Origin: Promethearchaeota archaeon
GTDB lineage: Archaea > Asgardarchaeota > Lokiarchaeia > Sigyniarchaeales > SOKP01
Length of the DNA stretch: 50,400 nucleotides
Assembly: GCA_008080735.1 (NCBI GenBank)
Contig: SHMW01000024.1
Coordinates: 1 to 50,400 of the forward strand
Direction: 5' to 3'
A program made the position numbers and the translations under genes. Below, in pieces: positions 28,114 to 38,274 of this stretch (within the stretch, counting starts at the first letter, position 1; each line of letters starts with the position of its first letter). Below the pieces are notes generated by a model. The model worked only from the letters and a program-made list of their open reading frames with translations. It was not told the DNA's origin and did not search any database.

Positions 28114-28998
28114 ATGAAGCTCGAACCCGAATGTATCGGTTGTTTATTTAATCAAGTCCTAAAAGCGTTTAAAATGCTTGAAGTTGAGGCGAATCGCGAT
28201 TTAATTATAAAAACACAAAAAAGTATAATGGAATTTCTCTTAGATAAAGATCTTGATTCTATCTCAGCACCTTTAGTGGGAAGCTTTCTCTATTCCAAAA
28301 TCGGAGAGATGTTGGGAACAGATGATCCTTATAAAGAATTAAAACACGAATATAACCATCTTGCTCTAAAATATTACGATATCACTAAAGAACATGTTTT
28401 AAAAAAGCAAGATCCTGTATTTGAGGCCTTGATTGTATCAGCTCTCGGAAATACGATAGATTTTGCCAGTCAACATAAAATAGACTTAGTGGATGATCTT
28501 GAGAATTTTTCAGCTGACAATCTCGCTATAAATGATTATCAAAAATTTAAGGCCTTACTTGAAGAGAAGAAAAAGTTGTTAATTCTTGGAGATAATTGTG
28601 GGGAGATCGTATTCGACAAATTAATGATTGAGATTCTTCAAGAAATTTATCCCAATTTAGAAATTATCTATGCCGTCAGAAGACGACCAATTATAAATGA
28701 CGCTACTATGGAGGATGCTGAAGAGATCAGTTTGACTTCATTGGTGAAGGTAATCGAATCTAGCGGAGCTCCGGGAATTGATTTAAAGGACATTACTCCG
28801 GAATTTAAAAGATATTTTTCTTCTAAAGAATATGTGATTTTATCCAAAGGACAAGGGAATTTTGAAACTTTAAATGGAGAATCAATTCCCAATAATGATC
28901 TGTTTTATTTATTAAAAGCAAAATGTGTCCTTATGAGACGTATTTTTAATGTGGAGGTGGGAAGTCTAATTTTTAAAAAGCGTGAGATAGAAGATTGA
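28114..28998 (+). CDS. ARMT1/DUF89 damage-control phosphatase
   Basis: ECIGC, DPY, GNTIDF, DNCGEIVFD, PIINDAT, SKGQGNFE, KAKC. Confidence 0.93.
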   Translation: MKLEPECIGCLFNQVLKAFKMLEVEANRDLIIKTQKSIMEFLLDKDLDSISAPLVGSFLYSKIGEMLGTDDPYKELKHEYNHLALKYYDITKEHVLKKQDPVFEALIVSALGNTIDFASQHKIDLVDDLENFSADNLAINDYQKFKALLEEKKKLLILGDNCGEIVFDKLMIEILQEIYPNLEIIYAVRRRPIINDATMEDAEEISLTSLVKVIESSGAPGIDLKDITPEFKRYFSSKEYVILSKGQGNFETLNGESIPNNDLFYLLKAKCVLMRRIFNVEVGSLIFKKREIED

Positions 28999-29014
28999 GA
29001 TCAAGTTCTTGGCA

Positions 29015-29515
29015 TTAATTCTCTCTCATCTTTTTTATTGCCTCTGTGAAGAAACCGAAATCCTTCATAGATTCTTCCTCTCTATTTTGTAAATTATGGA
29101 AATATTCTTCGATCTGCATATACAAAATTTTTTTAAATGAATCAAATTTACACACTTCAATACACTCGTCAATTTCATCTTGATACAGAGTATAAAAATT
29201 ATCAAGCGCCTTTTCCGCTTGTTCCCGTATTCCCTCCTTCACAAAATCTTTGTCTAAAATCGTAATAAGTACGAGCCTATGTTTATTCACGATGATCATT
29301 TGAACATTTAATCCCTTTATGATTATCTCTTCGATCCGCCCAAGCGAATCCTTTCCAAAAAGAGATAATGCGCCCACAAAAGAAGATAATAGGATAGGAT
29401 TGATATCTGAATCGAGAATTAAATCTACCAAATACTCTCCGGATTCTTTACATATAACAATCCCTTTCAATAAATTCATATCATATTTGGTTCTATCATG
29501 CACTTCACTTGCCAT
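29015..29515 (-). CDS. Longin-like domain protein (Asgard type)
   Basis: GIVIC.ESG..L / D..LLSSFVGAL..F / three strands / helix..F...Y / F..F pattern. Confidence 0.7.
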   Translation of the reverse strand: MASEVHDRTKYDMNLLKGIVICKESGEYLVDLILDSDINPILLSSFVGALSLFGKDSLGRIEEIIIKGLNVQMIIVNKHRLVLITILDKDFVKEGIREQAEKALDNFYTLYQDEIDECIEVCKFDSFKKILYMQIEEYFHNLQNREEESMKDFGFFTEAIKKMREN

Positions 29516-29665
29516 AATTATCCCTTGTTCCTTTTTAACTTATAAAAAACAATCGTATTGTAAAATAAATGAGATCTTTAAAACTTTATTTATACTAATT
29601 AGTCATTAGTTAATCCTAGTATCTACCAATCTATTATAAAAGCTATAATATTGAGGAATTAATAT

Positions 29666-30601
29666 TTAGGTGCTTTTTAATTTCCAAAAAACCATACCTT
29701 GATAAATATTCTTCTGTATGATTTTTTTGCCTTCTAATATGTCCAACATTTTTAATATATTTGATTCTGTGTTTTTGGATGTTTTAAATGTTTTTATTAT
29801 TTGTTCTTGCCTCATTGGATGTCGCTGTATAATTGAGAGAAATTCTTTTTCAAAATCTGAAGAAAATTTCCCAAAAGTACCCATCTCTGGAAAATTTATG
29901 TCTTTATAATCCCCAAAAATCTCATCTAAAAGTTGTAGCATATTATCTCTCGGTTTTTTAACCCATTTTTCTGCAGGAGGTCGAATGGGTACATTAATAT
30001 CAATCCTGTCTGGTTGAATGTCATCCAATCGCGATTTGATCTGTAATAATTCATCTTTAGAATCATTTGCTTCTCTTACCAACATCACTTCGATCCAGAA
30101 CTTTTTGGTAAAGCTTTCTTTAAATTCCATAAATCCTTTTATTAATTTATCAAAAGTAATTTCAGGATGAGGTCGGTTGATTAACCTAAAGGTTTTATTA
30201 TTTCCCGCATCTAATGTTGGAAGTACTAAATCTACATCTAATAAAATATCCCTCACAGTTTTCTCAGATAAGAGCGATCCATTGGTAATGACGCATATTG
30301 GCCTATTAGTTCTTTTTTTTGCAAATTGAATTAATTCACCTAAATCTTTATACAGGGTTGGCTCTCCACTCCCCACAAAAGTAAGATAATCAAAGTTATG
30401 CTCATCTTTGGTCAAAACTTTATCGATTTCTTTTATAATATCTTGTTTTGGACAGTAATTTTTACGTTCGTTGGTAAAAATCGTTGTTTTACCTAATTGA
30501 CAATAAATGCATTGATAATTACATGTTTTACTTGGAAGTGGATCAATTCCTAAGGATTTTCCAAGCCGTCTACTGGGAACTGGTCCATATACATAGTCCA
30601 T
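29666..30601 (-). CDS. Radical SAM protein (COG0731-like)
   Basis: YGPVPSRRLGKSLGID, CNYQCIYCQLG, GSGEPTL, ITNGSLL. Confidence 0.93.
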   Translation of the reverse strand: MDYVYGPVPSRRLGKSLGIDPLPSKTCNYQCIYCQLGKTTIFTNERKNYCPKQDIIKEIDKVLTKDEHNFDYLTFVGSGEPTLYKDLGELIQFAKKRTNRPICVITNGSLLSEKTVRDILLDVDLVLPTLDAGNNKTFRLINRPHPEITFDKLIKGFMEFKESFTKKFWIEVMLVREANDSKDELLQIKSRLDDIQPDRIDINVPIRPPAEKWVKKPRDNMLQLLDEIFGDYKDINFPEMGTFGKFSSDFEKEFLSIIQRHPMRQEQIIKTFKTSKNTESNILKMLDILEGKKIIQKNIYQGMVFWKLKST

Positions 30602-30749
30602 CTCTATGGAGATAAATTTAGTCTATATAATATAGGTTGTGATTATCCGTGATTTCAACTTTATTATGGTAAAAATAAGATTATAAGCTTTTAGATCTAA
30701 ATCTTTAAATATTTAGGAGTAGAATTCTAACTAATATAATTTTTGATAA

Positions 30750-32168
30750 ATGAAAAAAATGAGTAGAGAAGACACAGTTCCTTTGAAAGAAAAGGTTTCA
30801 TTCGGTTTATCAGCAATCCCAGACCAATTAACATACCAAATATTTCAATTCTTAATATTCACGTTTTATTTCACAGTAGTGAAAATAGAGTTGACATATA
30901 TGCTTGTTGCATATATAGTTTGGGGGATTTGGAATGCGATCAATGATCCATTACTAGGAGCGCTCTCAGAACGAACAAAGGCGAAAGATAAATGGGGGAA
31001 ACGGAAATATTTTCTAGTCATTTCCTTTATTCCTTTGAGTATCACAATGATACTAATGTTTTGGGTTCCATTTGAGGGGCAAATAATTAAGTTCAGTTGG
31101 TTTTTAGCGACTATTATCCTATTCGAGTTTTTCTATACATTATTTGATGTAAATGTGAATGCATTATTCCCCGAGATGTTTCCAAATGAAGAAAAGCGAG
31201 CTTCAGTGAACATCTTTATAAAAGGTACTACGATAATTGCCTTATTATTAAGCTCTCTTCTTCCAATGATTCTGGTTCCTAATTTGGTTCCTTCGAATGA
31301 TAGTGAGATTCCTGAAATTATGCCTGATTATTTTCTTATGGGTATCGTAGTTGCTATAATAATTATAGTAGTAACGATTCCATTTTTAAAATATGGAGTA
31401 AAAGAGAGAGAGGAAAAGGATGAGGATTTCGAAAAAAGACCCTCGTTTTTTGAATCTCTAAAAGTTACTTTAACTAACAAAACCTTTTTAAAATTCGTTA
31501 TAGCAAATACGATGGTGTGGTATTGCTTTAGCATCCTTCCAACTATCATCCCAATTTATGCCACCCAAATTCTTGGATTTGAAGAAGAGGGTATATTTGT
31601 TTCTCTGGGTTTAATGATCGCATTTCTAATAGCGGCTTTAAGTCTTCCAATCCACAGAAGAATGGGTGCTAAGTTTGGAATGAGGAATGCTTTTCTTATT
31701 ACTTTAGGAATATGGATATTAACGTTATTACCTTATGCGTTGATAAGAGGGGAGGTCTTTCAGATTCCATTCTTAATAATCACTGCGGCTCAAGGTTTTC
31801 CGCTCTCTGGAGCATTATTCTATGTTGATATTTTACATGGAGACGTTATTGATGAGGATGCTTTAAATTATGGTGTGAAACGCTCTGCAAGCTATTATGG
31901 TATTAATGCCTTTATCCATAGAATTTCGGTGATTCTGGTAATAGTGACCATATTCTTTATGTTTGGTAATATTGGGTGGGAAAAGAATTATGAACCTGTG
32001 GTATCGGATCCCTTATTAGTCGAATTAGGTTTAAAAGCAATAATCTTCATATTTCCAGCAATTGCATTAGTAGTTGCTATAATATTTATGAAATCTTATT
32101 CCCTTCATGGAGATAAATTGCAGAATATGCGAAAAGAGTTAGCAAAATACCCTGAATTACTAGAATAA
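30750..32168 (+). CDS. MFS transporter, GPH/MelB family
   Basis: WNAINDPLLGALSERT..KWGKRK, DVIDED...GVKR...YYG. Confidence 0.92.
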   Translation: MKKMSREDTVPLKEKVSFGLSAIPDQLTYQIFQFLIFTFYFTVVKIELTYMLVAYIVWGIWNAINDPLLGALSERTKAKDKWGKRKYFLVISFIPLSITMILMFWVPFEGQIIKFSWFLATIILFEFFYTLFDVNVNALFPEMFPNEEKRASVNIFIKGTTIIALLLSSLLPMILVPNLVPSNDSEIPEIMPDYFLMGIVVAIIIIVVTIPFLKYGVKEREEKDEDFEKRPSFFESLKVTLTNKTFLKFVIANTMVWYCFSILPTIIPIYATQILGFEEEGIFVSLGLMIAFLIAALSLPIHRRMGAKFGMRNAFLITLGIWILTLLPYALIRGEVFQIPFLIITAAQGFPLSGALFYVDILHGDVIDEDALNYGVKRSASYYGINAFIHRISVILVIVTIFFMFGNIGWEKNYEPVVSDPLLVELGLKAIIFIFPAIALVVAIIFMKSYSLHGDKLQNMRKELAKYPELLE

Positions 32169-32233
32169 AACTTAAATTTCTTTTTTTTTCTTTTTTTAAA
32201 GACTATTATTCACTAAAATAATTAATTAGAGTT

Positions 32234-33148
32234 TTATTTATTCAGATGTAATAGCTGTCGTGTCTCATCCACAGTCGCTGGTTCTCTTCCGATTTCTTTA
32301 GCTAAGCGAACCATTCTTTTAACTAGTTGGGCATTACTCTTAACTAATTCTCCTTTGTCAAAATAAATGGTATCTTCTAAACCCGTCCTAATATTTCCAC
32401 CCATACACATAGCAATAACAGTAGTTCTTAGGTTGTATTTTCCAACTGTCACAACTTGCCAAGTTGATCCTTCTGGTAATTGATGAATCATATGCATTAA
32501 ATTTTCGGGTGTTGCGGGAGCCCCTCCTTGGATCCCAAGCACTAAACTAAAATGCAGAGGAAGTTCGAGAACACCCATATCAACTAAATCCATAATGTTT
32601 GCAATGTGCCCCGAATCGTATACCTCAATTTCAATCCCGCATCCTAATTTCTTACACTTTTTCACAAAACGTTTATTAAAATCGAGAGGATTTCGAAATG
32701 TATGGCTCCCATAAGGTGTTCGAAATTCAAAGGTACCCGCATTAATCGTAAACATCTCTGGAGTGGGATCAATCGTGAGTAAATTTAATCTCTGCTTAAG
32801 ACTTGGCATTATAATCGCCTGTCCATACTTTTTACCACTACTGCTCGTTTTTACTCCATGTTCTATCCATGCGCCTATACCATTACCTATTTGAGTAATT
32901 ATCGGACATTTTTCTTTAATTAAGCGAACAGCTTTATTATACACATTTATATCTGGAGTATTTTGTCCATCTTCTCCTCGAACATGAAGATGACAAATTG
33001 ACGCTCCAGCCTCATAACATTCTAAAGCATCTTGCGCTTGTTCCTCTGGTGTAATGGGGATGGCTTCATTGGCCCATTTACCATGGATCCCTCCAGTGAT
33101 TGCGACGGTGATGATAACTTTATCCCGTGTTAAAAGATCTGGTTTCAT
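32234..33148 (-). CDS. Beta-keto acid cleavage enzyme (BKACE/Kce, DUF849)
   Basis: IITVAITG, PITPEEQ, AGASICHLHVR, EIEVYD.GH, RTGLED. Confidence 0.93.
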   Translation of the reverse strand: MKPDLLTRDKVIITVAITGGIHGKWANEAIPITPEEQAQDALECYEAGASICHLHVRGEDGQNTPDINVYNKAVRLIKEKCPIITQIGNGIGAWIEHGVKTSSSGKKYGQAIIMPSLKQRLNLLTIDPTPEMFTINAGTFEFRTPYGSHTFRNPLDFNKRFVKKCKKLGCGIEIEVYDSGHIANIMDLVDMGVLELPLHFSLVLGIQGGAPATPENLMHMIHQLPEGSTWQVVTVGKYNLRTTVIAMCMGGNIRTGLEDTIYFDKGELVKSNAQLVKRMVRLAKEIGREPATVDETRQLLHLNK

Positions 33149-33210
33149 TTTTAATCATACTTTTTCTATTTTTTACTATTCAAATAAGATTTAGTTCTTA
33201 AGATATTAAA

Positions 33211-34047
33211 TTATTTCCATTTATAAAATCCTTGACCGGATTTTAATCCCAATTCCCCTTTTTCCACTTTTTCTTTAAATTTTTCGGGTGGTTTATCTCT
33301 CGGGTCCCCACTTTCTTTATAATAGGACATTTCTACATTATAAGCTACATCTAATCCAACTCCATCCATCAATTCAAACGGTCCCATATTCATACCTGTA
33401 AAAATTTTCCATGCTGTATCAATAGTCTCCACATCTGCATTACCATTCGCCCACATATGAAGCACTTCACATTTTATCGCTCTCCAAATTCTATTGAATA
33501 CAAATCCCATTATCTCTTTTTTAACCACTAATGGAGTGCATTCAATAGACTTTATCCAATTCTTCCCAGTTTCAAAAGTCCCTTCGCTTGTTTCCGTCCC
33601 TTTCATAATATCCACCATAGGACGTAAAGGAATTGGAGGGTAAAAGTGAATATTTAAGACTTTGTCTTTTCTCGTAACTGCATCCTCAATTTTGGAAACT
33701 GGATAGGAGGAACTATTGGTGCCTATTATTGCGTGAGCTGGGGCAAGCTCGTCTATCTGGGCAAAGACTCTCTTCTTTAATTCCACATCTTCTGGAACAC
33801 ATTCAATAATAAGATCAACATCCATCAGCGCTTCAGAAAAATCGTGCGTAATATTTATATTCTGATATTTTTCCCTTTTATTTTTTGGTCGGAAGAATTT
33901 TTTTAGGAATACCTTGACATCTTCTAATACTTCTTTGCTCATATCATACAGATTTACCTTATAATCATAGAGTGCGGTTCTTGCCGCGATTTGCCTTCCT
34001 GTGAATCCTGCGCCAATGATTGCTACTTTTTTTATCTTAGTAGACAT
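33211..34047 (-). CDS. 3-hydroxyacyl-CoA dehydrogenase family
   Basis: GAGFTG, ECVPE..ELK, TNSSS, HF, GFVFNR, MGPFELMD.VGLD, G.KSGQGFY. Confidence 0.93.
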   Translation of the reverse strand: MSTKIKKVAIIGAGFTGRQIAARTALYDYKVNLYDMSKEVLEDVKVFLKKFFRPKNKREKYQNINITHDFSEALMDVDLIIECVPEDVELKKRVFAQIDELAPAHAIIGTNSSSYPVSKIEDAVTRKDKVLNIHFYPPIPLRPMVDIMKGTETSEGTFETGKNWIKSIECTPLVVKKEIMGFVFNRIWRAIKCEVLHMWANGNADVETIDTAWKIFTGMNMGPFELMDGVGLDVAYNVEMSYYKESGDPRDKPPEKFKEKVEKGELGLKSGQGFYKWK

Positions 34048-34167
34048 TTTTTCTCCCTAATTGAGTATTTAAACATTATTAAAATTAATTTTAAATTAAG
34101 AATTCAATATATTCAATTATTCAACTTATTGAATTAAAAATGTTTCTGAATTAACCCGAGAAATTTT

Positions 34168-35154
34168 TTATTGCGTTTGAACAATTTTTTCCAAAGTTTC
34201 TAGAAAATACTCATTTTCCTTCTCAAGACCAATTGAGACTCGGATGAAGCCAAAAGTAAAATAATTGGATGCATCATACACTAGAATATTTCGTTCTGCT
34301 AAACTTTTAGCGATATCTGGTATTTCTGTGTTTATTAAAACAAAGTTTGTGCTACTTGGATAAGCAGTTATATTTAGGTGGTCACATTTCTTAAGGATTT
34401 TTTGTTTTTCTCTTTTAATCAGATCTCTATACTCCTCAATATAATCTCTATGTATTAACGCAGCTGAGGCAGCTGTAACGCTTGGATATGGAAGCATTAT
34501 TTCTAAACCTTTGAATTTTTTCCTTAATTTTTCTCCCGCGATCAAATATCCTATTCCAGACCCAGCTAACCCAAAAGATTTACTTAACGTTCTTAAAATT
34601 GCTAAATTTGGATATGTATCAATAAGATCGATTACAGTATATTTTGAGAATTCAAAATACGCCTCGTCAATTAACAATGTGATATTATCGTTATTCAATA
34701 AATCTTCTATTCCCTTTTTATCTATTATCAATTTTCCTGTTGGATTATTTGGATTATCCAATACAATCAATGTGGGTTTTTCTATTTCAGAGATGAGATA
34801 ATCGTATGGAAAGTGAAAGTTAGGAGCAGATAATTTTACCTTTAAAATGGAAGAAGGAGTTTTCTCGACAGAGTTTTCAATAATAATAAACGCAGGATCT
34901 GGAATTATTATTTGATCTATGGTTGAATGCAAAAAAATGAATTCTTTAATGATGATATCGGATCCAGGACTTAAAAAAATGGCTTCTGGACTAATATTGT
35001 TATATTCGGCCAATAAGTGGGTTAATCCATCCACTTCTTCTTGGGGTGTGTATCTATTAAGATTTGTGATAGAATCCTTCATAGAATTTAAGACAACATC
35101 CGGAGGCAAAAATGGCATTTCATTTTTATCTAATCGTGCTTTCATTCTAATCAT
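34168..35154 (-). CDS. Class I/II PLP aminotransferase, HisC-like
   Basis: RLDKNE, PNNPTG, IDEAYFEF, RTLSKSFGLAG, TNF, IRVSIG. Confidence 0.88.
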   Translation of the reverse strand: MIRMKARLDKNEMPFLPPDVVLNSMKDSITNLNRYTPQEEVDGLTHLLAEYNNISPEAIFLSPGSDIIIKEFIFLHSTIDQIIIPDPAFIIIENSVEKTPSSILKVKLSAPNFHFPYDYLISEIEKPTLIVLDNPNNPTGKLIIDKKGIEDLLNNDNITLLIDEAYFEFSKYTVIDLIDTYPNLAILRTLSKSFGLAGSGIGYLIAGEKLRKKFKGLEIMLPYPSVTAASAALIHRDYIEEYRDLIKREKQKILKKCDHLNITAYPSSTNFVLINTEIPDIAKSLAERNILVYDASNYFTFGFIRVSIGLEKENEYFLETLEKIVQTQ

Positions 35155-35209
35155 CCTCAGTCCTATTTCAAAGTAGGAATTTTTATCATATTTTTAGGGT
35201 TCTCATCAA

Positions 35210-36310
35210 TTATTTCACTTCAACAAGTTCTTTTTTATTATAACCAGTAATCACTTTCATATAACCGTGAAATTCCTTATCTAAATCCGAATCTCCAGTA
35301 TCAACTCTAAGAGAATCCAATTCTTTTAGCTTAATTTCAGTTGATATGATAATAAAATTTTTAGCTCCGATTTTTTTTATCACTTCTGGAGTAAATTGCT
35401 TATTTCCTCTACCAAGAATAAATCCTTGCCCACCAATGGGAGAAATAATGGCTTTAAACTTTTTATATTTTTCGAAAAGTTTAAGTATTCCCTCTTCATT
35501 GAGATCTGTTTTTATAAGTTTTTTATTACATACAGCATCAATCCCTAAGAGAACGTATGAGAGATTTAATTCTTTAGATATGGTTTTGACGGTCGTACCT
35601 GGAGCTAATAAATAAATACAGTCTTCAACCATATTTTCAATACAGAATTGAGCAATCTCTTTTTTCATTTCGCTTATTGATTTCTCTGTCTTAGAACTAT
35701 GTTTCCCAGCTTGAATAAGGGATTGAACTTTAGGAACTTTTAGATAACCATATAGTTTTGATTGCATTTTATCATCTCGGTATGCTTCCTCATCAATATC
35801 TAAAACTTCTTTTTCCACATATTCCGTTCCATAAAAAAAACTCTCTAAGACCCCAGCAGCCGCTTTAGGACTTACAGCAAACACAGCACTGAACATTTTA
35901 ACACCAGAGGGAATGGCTATCACTGGTATCGACAACTTTATAGCATCGTAGATATCTCTGGCCGTTCCGTCACCTCCACAAAAGACTAAAAGCTCTATAT
36001 TTTCATCTTTCATTTTTTGGGCAATTCTTTTTGTGTCCGAAGCTGTTGTTTGCTTTGAAATTTCTCCAATTAGAGAATATTTGAAATGAAAGGGTTTTAC
36101 ATAATTTTCACCCATTTTCCCAGGTGCAACATAAAAATGTATGTTAAAATTTCTATTAATATGTGATAGAAAATTCTTAATTCTATTTGGAGTGACAGGG
36201 TCTGCTCCCATTTCCTCAGCCTTCTTAAATATTGTACCATCTGTGCCTTTAAGACCTACAGCTCCTCCCATACCTGCTATTGGGTTTACAATCAAACCAA
36301 TCTTTTTCAT
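35210..36310 (-). CDS. ATP-NAD kinase family protein (COG3199-like)
   Basis: VNPIAGMGGAVGLKGTDG, GGDGTARD, IPSGVKMFS, GGQGFILGRGN. Confidence 0.92.
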   Translation of the reverse strand: MKKIGLIVNPIAGMGGAVGLKGTDGTIFKKAEEMGADPVTPNRIKNFLSHINRNFNIHFYVAPGKMGENYVKPFHFKYSLIGEISKQTTASDTKRIAQKMKDENIELLVFCGGDGTARDIYDAIKLSIPVIAIPSGVKMFSAVFAVSPKAAAGVLESFFYGTEYVEKEVLDIDEEAYRDDKMQSKLYGYLKVPKVQSLIQAGKHSSKTEKSISEMKKEIAQFCIENMVEDCIYLLAPGTTVKTISKELNLSYVLLGIDAVCNKKLIKTDLNEEGILKLFEKYKKFKAIISPIGGQGFILGRGNKQFTPEVIKKIGAKNFIIISTEIKLKELDSLRVDTGDSDLDKEFHGYMKVITGYNKKELVEVK

Positions 36311-36377
36311 ATTTGTCTCTCAAATTAACTATATACAATATTATTTTTGAAGGTTTATTGAATTTAATAGGTTTTTT

Positions 36378-36391
36378 GGAATAAATATTCA
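36378..36391. promoter_or_regulatory. Palindromic site GGAATAAATATTCA
   Basis: 2 mismatches to consensus; just upstream of a minus-strand TATA-like element of the kinase gene. Confidence 0.4.
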
Positions 36392-36485
36392 TAATTCCTT
36401 ATGATAACTAAAACAATTTATTACTAAAAAAAATAAAGATTTATACAATTAAAAAAATGAAATTGGAATTAATTTAAGATAATAT

Positions 36486-37490
36486 TTATTTTTCGTAATA
36501 GTATTCTCCTTGTTTTTCATACATTAATCTAAGAAATATAGGAATCATAAGTGAAAATATGCTTTTCATTATACTCTTCCCAACTTTCCCATTTTTAAAA
36601 TTGATATATCCTTGTTGAGTTTCTCTAACTTTTTTATCTAGATCTTTCCAAGTTTTAATTATTATGTTATAAAACTTATTCTTATCTATGATATTCTGCG
36701 GCATGTTCACAGCTGCCCCTGCCTTTTCACTTTCTACCAACCGTCCTTCTTGAAGATCTTCCACATTAGATGCCTTGATATAGACATCATTATCATCGAA
36801 AATTTCTGAATGAGTTAAATACATTGGAACAAGTACGTCCCAAATATAGATATGATCTAGTTTATGAACCTTTTCGTGTAACCAGAATTCGTTTTCTAAT
36901 TTGTCTATATATATATCTGGCCAAAAATCAAGTTGCTTAAGATATTCTTTAGTTAATGGTACTTGCTTGCAGATATGACAGTTGATAATTGTCACAGGAC
37001 ACTTCGCATTCAATACTTCTAAAGCGGCTGAAAGGTCATTTCGAAGATTGACATCTTTTATCTTAGTTCTTCCAATCGTTAAGCGTTCGTCAATTATACC
37101 ACCCATCAATATGATTTCTCTGACTTTTTCAAAAAAATCTGGATCAATTTTTTGTGCAGCGTAGAGATTGGTTAAAGGCCCTAGTCCAAATATTGTAATT
37201 TCTCCCCTATTAGAATTCACTTGATCAACGAGGAACTCAGCAGCAGCAGTATTTATTTCACCTTTTTCACTAGCCCCTTTTAATAATGGTATCTTCGTTT
37301 TATTCACGGATTTTAGCAATCTTTTAGTTTGGTTATGGACATTTTTGATTGAAGAATTTCCAAAAACGGTAGTTATCCCAATTATTTCAATCTCTTCTTC
37401 ACCTAATGAATATAAAATAGCCAATCCGTCATCATTCCATCTAAAATTCATACCCATTGTATTATCGGTGTCGATAATTACTTTTTTCAA
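36486..37490 (-). CDS. Nucleoside hydrolase (IUNH family)
   Basis: IIDTD...DDGLA, TTVFGN, LGPLTN, LMGG; TTG start; WD where many homologs have HD. Confidence 0.88.
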   Translation of the reverse strand: MKKVIIDTDNTMGMNFRWNDDGLAILYSLGEEEIEIIGITTVFGNSSIKNVHNQTKRLLKSVNKTKIPLLKGASEKGEINTAAAEFLVDQVNSNRGEITIFGLGPLTNLYAAQKIDPDFFEKVREIILMGGIIDERLTIGRTKIKDVNLRNDLSAALEVLNAKCPVTIINCHICKQVPLTKEYLKQLDFWPDIYIDKLENEFWLHEKVHKLDHIYIWDVLVPMYLTHSEIFDDNDVYIKASNVEDLQEGRLVESEKAGAAVNMPQNIIDKNKFYNIIIKTWKDLDKKVRETQQGYINFKNGKVGKSIMKSIFSLMIPIFLRLMYEKQGEYYYEK

Positions 37491-37548
37491 ATCTCAATCT
37501 ATCCCCTAATTATAATTAATTTTATATGAAGAATGAAATATAGTATAT

Positions 37549-38268
37549 TTATTCTGAGGAAATCCCCGATATGAATTTATATAATTTACTTTCCTCCGTA
37601 AGAAAAAATCCATAGAGAGCAAGAAAAAGACCGAAAATCAATGCAATCCGGGCGATAATCTCAATAATAGCGTTATTTGGATCAAAAATTCCTTCATCAA
37701 TTACAAGCGAGACTCCTGCTAATAAGAATCCAATGATCAACATAATTCCACGATATTTTAGCACTTGATCTTTCGAGCGTATTGATTTGACTGCTAAAAT
37801 AGCTAAAGGAACTAATGAGACCAACATAGAAAACGCATCAAATATAAAAGCAATATCACCAACTACTTCTGCGGTTAAGTTGCTAAAAAAGACCATATAA
37901 ATAAACGAGATCTCCCAAATTATACTTAATATTAGCATAATTATCAAGAAAGCCAGCACTTTTTTTGAATCAGGATAAAGTAATTGATAGAATACATATA
38001 ACCAAGACATAACTAATAATGGGATTAATCCAAAATTTATGAAAATTAAGGTCTTATCATCGACAGAAACCTCTATTCCAAATAATCCAAGTAAAAATTG
38101 GAAGCTGAAATAGACTAATCCCCCAAGAAACGATAATCCCATCAATACTCCACCTATTAATTCTTTTTGCCCTGTATATTTGTAATTGATATAAAATTTA
38201 ATCGCCAAACCAATCATCAAGGCCATTATTAAAAAACCTAATGTATGATACACCATTTCTAAGACCAT
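37549..38268 (-). CDS. Seven-TM hypothetical membrane protein
   Basis: Seven hydrophobic segments with short loops; no soluble domain. Confidence 0.75.
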   Translation of the reverse strand: MVLEMVYHTLGFLIMALMIGLAIKFYINYKYTGQKELIGGVLMGLSFLGGLVYFSFQFLLGLFGIEVSVDDKTLIFINFGLIPLLVMSWLYVFYQLLYPDSKKVLAFLIIMLILSIIWEISFIYMVFFSNLTAEVVGDIAFIFDAFSMLVSLVPLAILAVKSIRSKDQVLKYRGIMLIIGFLLAGVSLVIDEGIFDPNNAIIEIIARIALIFGLFLALYGFFLTEESKLYKFISGISSE

Positions 38269-38274
38269 TTTTTA

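Noticed and set aside
29666-30601. Radical SAM protein as the activase of the GRE
   Set aside because: Has COG0731-type motifs, not the GCPLRCxWCxNPE signature of GRE activases
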